The translations under genes and the position numbers were made by a program. Of a stretch of DNA of 64,000 nucleotides, positions 42,826 to 57,176 are shown piece after piece. Source of the DNA: an uncultured Chthonomonadaceae bacterium (GTDB lineage Bacteria; Armatimonadota; Chthonomonadetes; Chthonomonadales; Chthonomonadaceae); assembly GCA_963817895.1 (NCBI GenBank), contig CAWFQB010000011.1:297342-361341 (forward strand), written 5' to 3'. Position 1 is the first letter of the stretch, and each line of letters starts with the position of its first letter. Under the pieces are notes generated by a model, which saw only the letters and a list, made by a program, of their open reading frames with translations, did no database searches and was not told the DNA's origin.

Positions 42826-45800
42826 ATGGCTCGCCCAACCGCACTCCTTGCCTTCCTGGTGGTGGCACTGGCTCTGCTAGCCTCCGCTGAAGCTCTCGGC
42901 CGCAGGAATCTGCTGCAGTCTCCTGCAGGTGCGTTTGGCAATTTATAAAAATGAAATGGAGTGCAAAACAAGCTTGATCAGTAGTGTCTAGCCCGGAGTC
43001 TAGCGTTGTTGTTGTATGCATATCCTCCCGTCCGACAATTGACATGGACAGGCTACAGCTTGCTACTTCGATTGGCAGTATTGTATCACCTTCAGTCGTG
43101 TTACTTACTTATAATTACCTGTAAAAACATTATTCCATGGTTGTCCCTGCGGCGCGTAAGCCCACTACCTGGAAGCTCAGAAGCCACCCAGCCCAGTGCA
43201 CTAATCGCGAAACTCAATTCTGCCAGCAGAGAATCAACAACTCGGGTCTTCGCGCGAGAGAACCGTTGCGGTATTGCAGGCACATCAACATCGCCATCGA
43301 CATCGCCGCAGCATCGACGTCCCCAAGCCCAGCGGTATGTATTCCAGCGCCACCCACTCTCCCAATGCCGTCTAACTTCAGCATTAAAACTTCTCACCCC
43401 GCTGGGCAACACCTATTGCTGTGTTCCACTCATCCTGAGAGTATCTGAAGCTGCGGAGCATGAGTACATGCCAAGGATCGACAACACCTCCTCGATGTCT
43501 CTCTGCAGGGCAGTACCTCACCATCCACCTCACCATCAACCTCCCCAGCTGCCGCTGCAGCTGCCAAGCCACCCTCTCCCTCTCCCGCCGGCGCGTCGCC
43601 CCCGGCCGCCGCAGCCGCACAGGTGAGCAAACCAGCGCATCTGTGCGGCTTCACCTTGCTCTAGTTTTGCGTGCCGTGCTGATGGTCCAGATGCCTATAG
43701 GACTTTCTCTGCCGTCTAGAGTGCGTCAGATTGCATCTAAGCAGCAAATGTCTGGCGCTGCACCCATCAAAGGGGCGCAACTCGTGCCTGCATCCTTAGA
43801 AATAAGTATCTCAAGGCTGCCTCCATCTTGCAGTCCTGGCCTGGTGCCTCCTAGCAGAGGCACTCTAGACACAGACTCCTGAAGAGGCACTCTGTGCACA
43901 GCCTCCTGAAGAAGGACTCTGAGACACAGAAGTATGTTAAAGCAGGAACATGACTGATGCAGGCCGCATCCTCACCGCAGCCGGCCGCCGCCAAGTCCCC
44001 CGCAGCCGCCGCCGACCCCCACAGCTGCACGCACAGGCCCCCACAGCTGCAGCGGTGGCCCCCGCACAGGCGCAGACCCCCGGCTCCGCCCCCGCGCCCG
44101 GCCAGCCCGGCAACAGGTGCGCCCCCCTTCCCCCAGACCCTCCACCTGGCATGCCCGTTACTCAGCATGCCATGTCATCTATCGGACTGCCGATATTAGA
44201 GTAGTTTTATTTGAGAGTTTTGAGAAAGGGCCCAAGGTACAAATTCATCTTTGCGTGGTGTGGTGGCGTGACAGTTGTACATTAAATATTTAGGTAGGAT
44301 ATTTATATGGTTGCAACGACCTAGTTCCAAGTATTAGTCAAGCATACCGTCTAAGAATATTTAGGGTAGTTTGAGCTTATGCTATCTGAGCAACATCAAC
44401 ATAGGCTGGGAAAAACTGATTTTTATCCGAGAATGTGCGCAGCCGTCGTCAACAACAACAATAACAACAACAACAACCAAACATACAAAACAGAACAACA
44501 ATCCCACCTCATCATGACAACAACAACAATACAACAACAACGGCGGCAGCAGCGGGTGGTGTTCCTGCCCCAGGGTATGCCTCCTGGTTGATTGAAGCAC
44601 CATGGAAGCGCTTATTTCGTCGTATTGGAGTTGCAGATAGTTCCACTATCAGATAAGGAGCAAAACATAAACTGTGCAATAATGTAAGCATAACAGATTT
44701 GCAGTGACATGAACAGATGACCTTATGGTGTTCTATGCGCAAGCTACAACAAGCAGAGGTTATCGCTGTGTCAGGCAGTCCAGAAATTGCTTGCTGCGCG
44801 GCTTTTGACTGCGATGAAGAAGCACGAATATTTTGCCACAGTTCCGGCACTTCAGAAGCACTCTGATTATCTATGCGTGGCTGCATCTGTATGCTTCAGC
44901 GGCAAGCTCGCTGAGGCGTGACCACGACTTTGGTTGATGTGCAGGTGCCACATTCCAGCCGGCCGGGCGCATCGTCTGCAGGACCAGCAATCGGTGGGGG
45001 AGCACTGGTGGGCGGCGCATCCGGCGGTGGCGTGTCATCGGGTGGATCTCAGGGTGGATCCTCGGGTGGCTCCTCATCCGGCGGCTCCTCCGGCGGCTCC
45101 AACAGCTGCCCACCCACCAGGAGTGCGTGTCCTCATAGCCCACTCCAAAGCAATCGTCATCCACAAGATTGTCTCCTTGCAAGCTGCCTATAACAAGCAC
45201 CTTTACTGGAGCCTGAGAGCATAGTACCGAAGCAGCATGGCCTTGTTTGGTTTGCCCATGTTGCATGCTTCTTTGCAGTCATAGCAGCTGCCATCCTGTG
45301 CTTGTGGATGGTATAGTTATTTGGATGGGGTGGCAAACAACATGCCAGCACTTCTCCAGCACATACAACAATATGCGAAATGGTTTGGAAAGAGGGGCTG
45401 AGGGGTGTGTGTGGGTGTGTGTGCAGCGGCCTGACCGCGACAGAGCAGTTCCTGGCCCAGGTGTGCAACCCACAGTCTGCCCGCTTCAACGGCCAGAACA
45501 TCGCTTCCTCGCTGCTGCAGAGCACCAACGGCCAGACTGACAACGCCCTCATCTGCTGCGTCGCCTGCCTTGACTCCGTGAGTGCCTCTCTTGAACACTT
45601 TTTACCTTGTTACGTTGTCTCCTCATATCAGCTTGATGGGATGCTTAGCCTTGGCCTGTCGAGCTCGTCAAGTCCTCCATTGCAGACACACGGCCGTGTC
45701 AATAAATCATACTGGTGAAATGGATAAAGTTGCAATGCAGCTCTCATAGATAGCTAGTCCTGTGCACTGGCCATAGCTTCCCTGACAGGTAATCAGTTAG

Positions 45801-46023
45801 CTGCTGAGAGCATCCAATGATCAACATTGCTGAGGAACTGTGTGCATGACCGCAGTCCACATGCAGCGCATGGAACTACCAGGCGGGCGGCCAGAACGCG
45901 TACGATGGAACTGCTCCCGGCACATGCCAGCTGGTGAGCGGCACCAAGGGCGGATCTGACACACTCGCATCCGGCTCCGGCCAGCCCTTCATCGGCGGCG
46001 TCCTCGCGCGCACCAACCCCTGA
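42826..46023 (+). CDS. Secreted Pro/Ala/Ser-rich (AGP/HRGP-like) protein with a C-terminal Cys-rich PAN/Apple-like domain, multi-exon
   Basis: Signal peptide MARPTALLAFLVVALALLASAEA; STSP repeats; Gly/Ser linker; CCVAC..AWNY..TCQL; stop at 46021-46023. Confidence 0.65.
44449..44541 (+). repeat. (CAA)n microsatellite tracts, intronic
   Basis: Two imperfect CAA runs. Confidence 0.8.
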
Positions 46024-46679
46024 GCACAAGCACTGGCAACCCCCGCGCCTGATCTGGCGATGGTGCCGCTCAAACCCCTGAGCATATATCGGCACCCCTG
46101 GCACCTGACCTGGCAGTAGTGCAGCCACTCTCCTCAGTGCGCTGTTGTCGATTGACAATATATTGCAGACTGATTGAGTGAAGAAGGGCTCCGTGTTGCT
46201 GTGGCTATGCTGAAGCTGAAGAGCTCTGCTGGTGCAGGTGTCAAGTGACAAGGACAACATCACGCAATGGATGACATGAACGTCAGCACACTGTCGAGCT
46301 TTTGTATGCACGAGAAACAGCATTGCAGCTTCTCCTTAGCATAGTCCTGTCGACCGATCTTTATAGATAGAAATAAATCCTGGCTTGATGCTGCTAAGTT
46401 GCTCTGGTCCAAATAAAAGCTTGTGGGTTCCATGCGCAAAGCTTACAGGTTCGCTTAAACTTGCAGAGCTCTAATAAGTACTCAAAGGCCATTTCCTTAC
46501 TGTTGTGTTGCCATGCCTTCTGTCCCATTCGTGTAGTTTCCAAGCAAGTATTTCACACACAATTGGAAGCATCTAATGCATCTGAAAATGACAGCAAGTT
46601 AGATTGGGCTAGCACTCTGAACTGCACAAGCAACCATGCATGGTACAGTCTTGAACAGAACAGAGACTCTACTCGACTG

Positions 46680-49600
46680 GCATAGATCACAAGAGTCACG
46701 GATTGCCTTGTGTCACCGCTTCCGGATCATGGAACTTCAAGATCTGCATGGACACATCACATTACAAGTCATGAGTGCGTGTGCATTACGCTTATAGCCC
46801 ACCTGCTTCGCTTGCAAGCATATGCAGGATCAAAGATGCCTGACAGTGTCTAGTGTAGGATTAATAATGTGTCATGCAAAGTGCGTGATGTGATGGTGGT
46901 AAATAGATTTGCGCACCTTCCGGTCATAGGTGTAGATGCCGTTGACTTCATCCTCAACATCTGCAGTTCTCTGTGTAGATGGCAGCGCTCAGCACCAGCG
47001 CTGCTCTTCATGAGTTTCCTCACCTCGCCGAGATGGCTAAGGAATTCAGTCTGCACACCACCACACAATCACACACTGCTCATCACTCAACCTCTTTATC
47101 AGCACTCTCTGACCAGCGCTTCGAGTTGCAGTGTGCAATTACAAGGACACTGCAGCGAGTGCACACTCATGCGCTTAGTAATTGTTAAGATGAAGCTTGA
47201 TAGATCAAGGACATACCTGGTACTGCGTCGTGTTATCCATAAGAGGATAAGCTCCAAACACTTGGTACGCGACGGTACCCAGGTGTGGCCGTCCATGAAC
47301 ATGCCCAAGCCGCCAAACTCACCCGGCGACATTTGCGCGAGTCGAGTCGCTGCCGGAAGCCACGGGTTCGGGTAGTTGTGATCGTCGCGCAAGTCGCCAA
47401 CCTGCTCATGCATGAGCATCTCACTGACCCTTCAGACAGCTGACCTACAGGCTTTGACGCCAACAGTTACAGCGTCATGGATTCTATGGCACCCTCGGTA
47501 CTCCAGATGAATGTGAGGAAGTGTGACATCCTTGGCTCTCTCAACGGTGACTGTCCTGGCTTTGGTCAAGGCCAGCACTCAACTCATGTCGATGCAAAGA
47601 GGTCATTCCTTTAGGTGACAACAAGCGGAGGCATAGAACTTTTTTGATACACATGCGTGAATGGGCATTGGGCCTCACATAGCCGATATAGTGGTACATC
47701 CAAGGGCCGGGCTTGTTGATGTCTCTCCACCGGGAGGGTAGGCGGTGCGGTCCTGGGGGTCAATCCACCCGGACGCAGCATCCCACAGCCGGGAAGGGTC
47801 GAGCGCCTTTGCTTCCTGCACGAGCCGCTGGGTGTCGAACTGGCCCCAGCCCTCGTTGAAGACGGTGTAGATGCCGATGGACGGGGTGGACCGGTGTTCC
47901 TGCAGGCAACAGAGGCTCTCATGACCCATGCATGTTGCTAGCCAGTGGTTGCATGAGCATTTGCACGAATGCTCGTCACCACTGCTTGCTACTGACAAGT
48001 TGAGACGCTTGAAATTTCAACCCACTTCTAGATAACAAGTGTCGCTGAACATCTGCCAAGAGGTATGCCACACAGATCAAGTGCATGGTGCAAGCCTTCG
48101 CAGCATGCAATAGTCGAATCCACGCACCTCGACCATGCGCCGCAGCTCTGCCTCAAACTGGGCCTTCTCCATGGGAGTGCGGTAGCGCTCGCCCTCCATG
48201 ATATGGCTTCTCCCAGAACATGGCCACCATGTCTTGCCACACAAGCATGCCGAGCCTGCACATGTACATTGTTGATCATGCCTCGAACGACGGATCTTGT
48301 GCAGACCTCAAGTGAGCTGCTTCCTCCAATAAGATTGCTTGCGAGCCAGTGGGGAGACTACCGGTCGGCGTGGTAGTACCAGCGGTCAGGCTCCACCTTG
48401 ATGTGCTTGCGGATCATGTTCATGCCCATGCCCTTCATGGCCTCGATGTCAAATTTCAGAGCATTATCGGTGGCTGCTGTGTAGATGCCATCAGGGTGAT
48501 AGCCCTGAATACACGAAAATTCCATTGTTGTCCAACAGCCATCGAAGATGGGAAGCTTATTCCTGCTTGTGGCGGTAAGCTCATCGCTTTATGTTTTTAC
48601 TTCATGCGTTCATGGAACCTGTTTGGATGCCTCAGACACTTAGCATACCTGATCCAGGGGTCCAAAACCCAAGAAGGGTTCGTTGTTCAGGAAGATACGC
48701 AAGGGGTGATCTTCCCCGGTGCGGACCTTCCCAAGGGAGATCTTTCTCATGCCCGTGTAGCTCATGACCTCGTCAAGCACATTGTCAGTGCTTTCCTGCA
48801 ATGCCAACAAGTATTGTAAGTCACAGGTACGTTGGACTACTACAAGTTGTCTGCAGGTGAGACTGCAGGCATAGGTCAGCATGGAGACATCAGTGGTGAA
48901 GCCGCCCTCAATATGCCCCGAAGCCACTCATCAAACAGTGAGCTTGCTTACCTGACTGACGAAGGGCTTGGCTTTTCGGCTGGCATCTGCCGTTGGCGGT
49001 GTCGCCCCTGGCTGGCTTATTATCCGCACTCGGACATCATAGAGGTACGGATCGTTCGGTGACCACAGGTGAGGGCTGGGATGGTAACGTTGAATGGACT
49101 TGCCATCACGCCCTTCCCCGACGCTACCTGCAAATGTTGCAACAGCAGGTCTACCAGGGCATACATGTGATGAATGCGAGCATTCAAAGGAGAACACAAG
49201 CAAGCCCTGTGCACTTATCAATTCATGCATTGCACCCAAAGGTGTACAAGCTTTTCAAAGACTCGGATCCTAGTATATGGTAAATGATTCAAAGAAACCA
49301 AAAGTAAAGCAGAGTGTATACTATACCTGAGTGCCATTCTTTTGAATGTATACGTCGACCTGCACCGGAAGGTTTGCTGTGGAGTTGCTGCCCAGGACAG
49401 TGACCTGGACAGCGGAGTTGTCGATGTCTGGGATCAGGTCTACGCGTGTGACGTGCGCAGCGTTCACCTGCAAACCAAACAGTGGCATCAATTCGATGCA
49501 GCATCTTTATTGTTTGTTCCCGGATCAGCAAGACATGCATGCATGCATGCGTGAGACTCCTGTCAATGCAGGATACATCAAGGGCTCAAGCATTGTACAA

Positions 49601-51293
49601 CGGCAATTACTTATGATCATGGTTGCACTGCATAACACAAGACGTGCTTACCGGCTCAAGCCACACAGTCTGCCATATGCCGGTCGTGGCGGAGTAAAAG
49701 ATGTCGTTCGAGGGGACACTGTGGCGCTGTTTGCCCAGAGGGATGTGGGCAAATCTTGTCGGGTCATACACCCCAACGATGAGCTCGTGCGTGCCAGCCG
49801 ACCCCTTGGTCAATGCGTCAGTGATATCATAGCTGAATTTGTCATACCTGCATGTCGCAGGAAGGGGTCGGAGTTTCAAGTGGAGCAATCGTTGGCCTAC
49901 TGGTGTTTGAGTTGTAAGCGGCAAAGGTAACCCAATAGACTGTTCCATAGCACAGTTGTCCGGCATGGTTGCCAAAAGTTAGCCCTTGATGGTCTTTACT
50001 CAAAATAACATGTGAGAGATTCAGCAGACTGTAAGAGTTGATATTTATGCTACAAGACTTAAGTATGAGAAGCATAGTAAACACGGGCTGCGCACCCTCC
50101 GCGGTGCATTCCCATGTATTGCCCATTGACCCAGACAGTGGACTCCCAGTCCACGGCGCCAAAGTGCAAGATGACACGGTCGTCGTTCGCCAGTGCCTTC
50201 CATTCCCTTGGGAGCTTGAATGTTCGCCGGTACCACATCCGGAACACGCCTGTCTTGTTCTCGGGTGACAGCCCTGCGCATGCATCATCCTTTACCGCTA
50301 AAGCAACACCATCGGGCAGTCAGGAGTGGGGGGCCTTTCTAGGAAGCCGCACATGTCAGTGCACAGCAGTAAGTACTTGGAATCTCCATTTCTGATGGAA
50401 GTTGTCTTACCTGAGAGGTCGGCCTCAATTGGGTAGGGGACCACAATGGACCCAAGCAGTGTCCTGTTGGTGGGCACTGGACCGGAGTCCCATGTACTGC
50501 ACAAATCACAGCAGATTATTTGTTAAAGACTCTGACAGTTGCTTATGAACCACAATGAAGGCTGCTTAGGACCTTTACACGTCACATCAGCAAGACATGC
50601 AGACAGTCAATGATATGAGTAAGAAGATTCAGCTTTTGACTCAGATGCTTCTTCGTAAGAACAGGGGCTTACTCGGCACGCTCCCACTCCCAGATGCCAT
50701 TCAGGCTTTGAAAATTGGGGCGCGTCAGTTGAGGCCGGGGATACTTTCGAGCGGGTTGTTGGGGTCCACCCCACAGCTCCAAGGAGTGGGCAGCTTGAAG
50801 GGGCGGCATTCGCCGCTGATGGCCAGTACCGCAGGGTTGCAGTCCTGCAAGAGCTGAAATGGTGATGTCATCAGCACAAGCAGCCCGTACTCTCGTGCAG
50901 TGCCAGGGGTATGAGCGTCCATTCCAGTGGCTTGGTGGTGGCCACAGTGAACACGAATAATGAATGGCAGGGGCAAGCGAGCATAGGAGAAGGAATAATG
51001 ACTCAGGACCGTGATTTCCGCTTTTATTTCACGGTGAGCAGTTCAGAGAGCCAAGTTGTTTGCTTCTGATTCCTACATCTGCCGGCTCAAGACGACGGTT
51101 CAAGCCTATTATTGGGGCTGCAAACACAATGCCTGCCACTATCATCGATAGGTGACTTACGCATTGTGTAGGGTCATCTGGCGAGGGTGCTAGGTGCTGC
51201 ACCGACAGCAGGCGCAGGTTGAGCCGCCACCACGTAGAAAAGACAGGGCAGCAGCAGCGGCAGCAGTGCTGCCACACTGGAGCAGCACCGCAT
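46680..51293 (-). CDS. Secreted glycoside hydrolase family 2, multi-exon (3' end approximate)
   Basis: Exons encode RPQL..SLNG.W, VPYPIE, HFGAVDW, GIWQTVWLEP, GPLDQ, RKHIKVEPDRWYY, FNEGWGQFD, GEFGGLG, DVEDEVNGIYTYDRK. Confidence 0.88.
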
Positions 51294-53159
51294 GGGCAGA
51301 AGCATCTATCGCCTGTGCATACAGATCGGAGAGTCTCAGACGCAGAGACGCTTGCTATACATCCACCTTTAATTCGGAGATTAGACACTGACGGCAAGTA
51401 TACCAGTAAGGCTCTACAAATGTAAACCCGGCATGACAATACGTACTAAGGTTTCACGACATCAGTCTGAATGTCTTTGTCTTCATTGACTTGCTATTAA
51501 TGAAGCTGGCTCAGCAAATGTGTTGGCATGGCCGAGCAATGGGTCATACCTTCAGGTGTAAAGGGGCAGCCGCAGTTTGTCGCAACGTCGGAAGGTAGTA
51601 TAAGTAGTTGTATATGGTCTAAGCACACCCCTCCACCGGGTGTCCTGCCCGGGAATGTACTCTGTACAGAGCTGTCAGAGCATCAAGTAAAACGTGAGGG
51701 TGGTAAAGGGTGAACATCTAGATGATCTCCAACCCATGGGGTATCTTGCAGGGGGTGTATGATACCCTCAAGGATGCAGTTTATTTATTTTCATGGGCCA
51801 GGCACCAATTGTCATCCAGATTCATTACTACGAGACGCAAAACAGCAAATAGTTGACATTACTCCTACACTGGAGTCGTCTTGGGTTTCATGAACAATTC
51901 TAAATTCCACATCCCTGAGTCAGAACGTCATAAAAGCATAAAGCAACGGCAGTATCCTCGTTCGCATATGGATTGCGCGTGAGTTCCATAGAATTTGCAA
52001 CAATGATGTGCATGGAGTTGTGTTTACGATTGTGACCGGTCTGCTTGACTTCCAGTCCAGGCAGCAAGAAACAAAAGGCCCTGGTTACAGACATCAGCGC
52101 ACATCATCACAGCACGGATGAGTGCTGGAGTTTTCCTTTGGTTAGACCGGTCAATGGTTCCCGTCTAACCTGTGTGTGTCTAATAGAGCATATCTGATGC
52201 GCAAAACAAAAGCACTGCATTCAAGAAAAGGTGCCCATTGAAGTACAATCTCAAGGGAATCAAATCCATTCATGCATGGCGCCTATCTATAATTGAGTGG
52301 GTTCAGAAGCACCGGGATGCCAGGTTTCAAGACATCCCTGCCTTCTCAGCAGGTGTAAAGAAGTTTTGCCCTCAGTGCACACGGCAGCCACGATGCAGAA
52401 AGTCTCTTTGAGGGTGAAATTTTCAATTTGAAACCCAGCACTCTCACCATCTCAATCACTCTATCTGCTCTTTGGCATTGGATCTCACTTAGAAGGACAT
52501 CTAGTTACGCCTTCTCATTCCCTTGGCTCTCTATCTCTCTGCATCTCAATGGTGTACACGTGCTGCGTGTTACTCCCCTCCATTCCTTGGCACCTCTCAA
52601 AACACCAGAGCACAGAGCTCTAACTAGTGATAACATCAAAACAGATGTGGCAGTCTTTTGTCTTCCTCCGTTCCTTGCTGCATATCCGTTTCACACCTCT
52701 CGATACTCCTCACACAACCGCGCTGACCATGCTTTTGCATGGCTCTTGCGTCCAAGAATGTCCACTCTCATCCGTTTCAACACTCCAGATGCAGAACTGC
52801 AAGGCTGCTGCATTGGCTGTTACGTGGCACTAAGCGCGCCTCTCTTGACCCTCACTGCTCAGCCACTCTGGTGCTCGAATTTTGATATCGTTGCAAGCAA
52901 ATAGAACCTGTAAGCAACCTGTAAGCATCCTCTCGTTGCTTTGTTTCCAAGGTGGCTGTGCTGACAAGGCTTTGGGGCTGATGCAGCTCATGGGTACAGC
53001 AGCCTAACAACACTTGATAACAACACCCACACTGCCTGCATCGATCCACCACCATCCGGGCAGCAGCTGCACACACCTGCTTGCTGGGTTGACACCCGAA
53101 TACATCCCTTGCAAGCGTAGCTGAAGAAGGTCCCTTGCATCAGGAATGATAGGGGTCCA

Positions 53160-53340
53160 GCTTGATTAGGCGAAGCGCCTGTCCTGAACAGGACCTGCCT
53201 GAACAGGTCCCCCCCTCCTCACGTCCCAGCCAGATCAGGCACGCTAGGGACTCGGCTTGATTGGGCAAAGCGCCCGGCCTGACCAGGACCTGCCCAAACA
53301 AATCCCCCTCCCCTCCTCTTGTCCTAGCCAAATCTGGCGA
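53160..53340. repeat. Imperfect tandem duplication with ~95-bp period
   Basis: GCTTGATT.GGC.AAGCGCC...CAGGACCTGCC occurs at 53160 and 53255. Confidence 0.7.
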
Positions 53341-53365
53341 TGAGGGTCCCAGCAGAGCGCCCTGC

Positions 53366-56300
53366 TTAGAGCGCGGCCACATTGCCGCGCTGCATGTGCG
53401 GCGGCAACTTGGCCAGGCCATCAACGTGCGGCTGCAGGCCCCTCTCACGCGAGCGCTGCACCACCTGTGTCACAACACAATGCCACACATCAGGATGTCA
53501 TCGTTGCTGGTCACACATGTCTGAGAATCCCTTCAGTCGCGTGTGGTGAAGGCCCAAGTGTTGAAGTGGCTGCTGCATTTGCGGTATTGCTTCACTTACA
53601 CATGAGGATGCTTACAATGCACCACACAAGCTATGCTCTGCCTACCGACTTGCCATTAGACTATAAGACTTGATTAAAAACCAAAACAGTAAGGATGCTC
53701 CGTAACTCCCGTGAGGTGATGACGGGGTGTGCTGACCTGGCGCATGGCTGGCGTGGCGCGCTGGTAGGCAGCCTCAAACTGGAGGTCAAAGTCGCCCAGC
53801 GAGAAGAAGTTGACGCCGCTCTTGGGCGAGCGCACCACCGTTATGCGGCGTTCCCCTGCGCACACAGGCCAGCCGTCATCAGCAGTGAGTCGTTCCCACA
53901 GAAGGCACTAGCATGCCAACGTCTTCTTGCAATTAATTCCAATACCTAGAAGTCCAAGAGGACAGCTATGCTAGTCCATGGACACAGGGAAGCTTCTCTA
54001 TCCAGCTAGCACAGCCCAATGCATATTGAAGGGACGTTCAGATGCAGTGGGATATGCACACTGCATCATAGCGTCCCATGAATATGCACACTGAGCCCCC
54101 ACATGAGCATGGACAACATGCAACCGCATGTGCTGTCCTTTGGTGCAGACGCTGAGGGTGCTCTCAAACAATGGCACTACCTCGCCCAGGCTTGGCCTCC
54201 AAAGTGATGCATATATGCTGGCTTGGTGGAAAGAGAGCTGCAATTATGCCTGTTCAATCCACAACACAAAACGGCGAGTGCTCACCAGTAGCCTCAACGT
54301 CATCGTTGCCGCTGAAGTTGGAGGAGCGCTGGATGAGGTGGATGAGGGCCGGGGGGACCCCCTTGCCGCGCAGGGAACGCCTCTTGCGCCACGCGCTCAG
54401 CCCCGTGCGGTCCACCAGCCCGCCGTCCTTGAAGGGGCCGTCCTCCTGCCCTGCGCCAAATGAGACCACTCTGCCACGTCATCTAGTGTCCAGTCAACTT
54501 CTGCTCACAGCGCTGAGGTGTCGCCTTAACTTACAATATAGGAGATCCCAAGGGCACTAGCCCGCTTTGATGTCTGAGAGTCAAGCCTGCTATTGCTGCA
54601 TATGCTCAACAGCAGGCGCAGCTGCAGACATCACAGTGGCTACAGAAGCGAGTTCATGACGTCTAAAGAAGTGTCTGGTACCAAGCCCATTGTGCCTACA
54701 TAACTATCCTCACAGAGCAACTAAATCAGAGCTTGATTTTGCTGCCACCACACTACGCGGTGTTGGGAGCCCGTGAATACATGAATGCTATGAACAGTGA
54801 GGGGAGCATGAGGAGAGGCTGACCTGGAATCTGCAGGGGCTCAAAGATGTAGGGGATGGCCGCAGAGGCAGCCACAGCCTCCGGGAGCGGCCCACTGTCT
54901 ATCAGCCTGTATCGCCCATCCGCGCTCACCACTCCCACCGCAAACTCCTGCAGGCGCATATCACAATCGGCTGAAAAACGTTCAGCCTTCCAAGGAGGCT
55001 ACATGGTTATGCGCATAAAAGGAGCATGGCCTTTCGGCAATGCCACCGGCAGCAGGACAGGCATGGCATCCTTGTCCCACTCAACGTCTGGCCCCTGACC
55101 ATGTGCTTACTTACGGTGTTGCACAAAATGCACGTGAGAATTAATTCCACAAGTAAGCACATAGATGAGGGGCAAGACGTCGAGTGGCACTCTTGATACA
55201 CATAGAAGACAGGATCAGCAATGCTATCCTGGTTTGGTATTGACATCCTGGTTGCTTCAGCAGGACAAACTTGCGTTGCCTCCATCAATCAACGACAGGT
55301 CTGCTTGCAACAATAGGTTGCTTTTGCCAAACAGGGAGGCACCTTTTCAAGGTCCTCAAATCTGGGGGGCAGCAAGTCGCTCAGCCGCTCTACCACGGCA
55401 TTGAGCGAGATGGCGCCGCCGATCCAGGGCCTGCAGCTGGGACGCAGCAGATTGATGGGCGCAACCCGTGACAGCTCCCTCGCCACCTGACCCGTCGCAG
55501 AATTTCTTAGTCTTACCAACCCTGACCAGATCGTTAAAACTGTAAGTCCCACATGTGTACCGCTCCACATCAGACGCCTGCCACAGCCATGCTGCATGCA
55601 CTGATAAGGGAGACAAGGTGAATCATGCAGGCAAGCTGCGTGTTGTCTAGCTACAGCTCAATAATTCACAACTCAAAAATGGGCTCGCAAGATACCCACC
55701 CCAAAGGGGCTCCAGTTCTCATCCCGATCATCACAATGCATGGCATTGCATATACACATCAGGTCCCTGGAAAAGCGCTAGCAATGTTACTGCCGTCGAG
55801 GACCAGGAATCACGGCTTTGTCGCACCTGCTCTGGTGAGTAGCCTGCGCTGTAGAGCGATCCAGTCAGCGCTCCTGCACTCGTGCCCATCACTCCACCGA
55901 CCGCCAGCCCCGCACTGTCAATCGCCTTGAGGAAGCCTGAGTGGCTTGCAAAGGCGAGAAAGCCGCTAGAAAGCACCACATCGTATGTGTTGTCCGCCCA
56001 TGCAGACCAGTCTGCCCCTGCAGGCAAGCAGGGCAGAACCATTCGCAAAGTACTTTGTGATAGAGGCAATCGTCTATATCATGGGACAACTATATGTGAT
56101 GATGAGGTGGCTATGAGCAACACCCCCAAGAAGGCTCCTAGACTCTCAGCCCCACCCACACCGCTCTATGCAATCAGAGACCGCATATTGATGGGAGTGC
56201 AAAGGTGCCAATAGTCATGGTCCTTTATCGCGCAAATCAACATGAACGCAGCGAAAGGGCAGTGCTTGTGCAGCAGATTGCACCTGCAAGACGCCAGTGT

Positions 56301-56883
56301 ATAGGGCAGTGTTGCGAAGCCATGCATGTGAGTGTGCTATAAGGATCCATACCTGTCGCCAAATACGGCAATGTCCTTCCTTTGTCAGCAAAACAGCCCA
56401 GTGTTGACCTCCTTCCACTTCCTGCAGGCACAAATCTTAGGTTGTTGCAGGAGACGGGTGCTTTTCGCACTCACCAGGATTCTTATTGCCCACCTTCTTC
56501 TCATAAGTTGTTTCCGTAAATGCACTTTTCAGCACTCGGATAAGATTGCAAGGGTCTGTACACGTCAGGATAATACAGGTGCATCTCAGTAACTGGGCTG
56601 ATCCAAGACCTTCGGCACGGTTTGGAGCAGATGCAAGCAGGGTAGCAAAGGGTTGACGTTGCACACCTGATGCACACCGCTTTGACGATCCCGAAGACAA
56701 GGTCCAGCCTGCTCCCAAAAAGGCTGGGGACCACAGAGTGACTGCCTGCAAGACTACTTGGACGAAGTTTGGCGTCGTGTGCTGGTGGGAGCTTCTCTGA
56801 GGGTGAGCTCTCGTGCTATGGCGAATGGGTTGCGAGGTCAATCCAGCGCTTTTGCCCATATTAAGACCTTGTGCAGACGCCAT
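53366..56883 (-). CDS. Patatin-like phospholipase, multi-exon (start approximate)
   Basis: LSSGFLAF, GTSAG nucleophile elbow, ASAAIP and DGG motifs in separate exons; TAA at 53366-53368. Confidence 0.85.
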
Positions 56884-57176
56884 GGCTCACTACGCGCCGA
56901 TCGCGTGAACTTTCACTCTGGACGAGTAAAACTGCCCGAACTGCCTCAACGCGTTCTTCTTGTCACATGCATTGAACTTGAAAGGGGGTACAGATTGATA
57001 CGGGCACGTCCGACGCGAGTGTGACGACTCTTCTACCTCCTTGACACGAGACAACCGTTCCGGCAGTTCTGCATCCAACGTGGCAAGCACTTTTGAACCG
57101 CCTGCCAGCGTCAACACTCCAAGGTTTTCTCGCACAAAACCCCTCTCATGCATGGCAAATGCAGGGCTGACATGCG

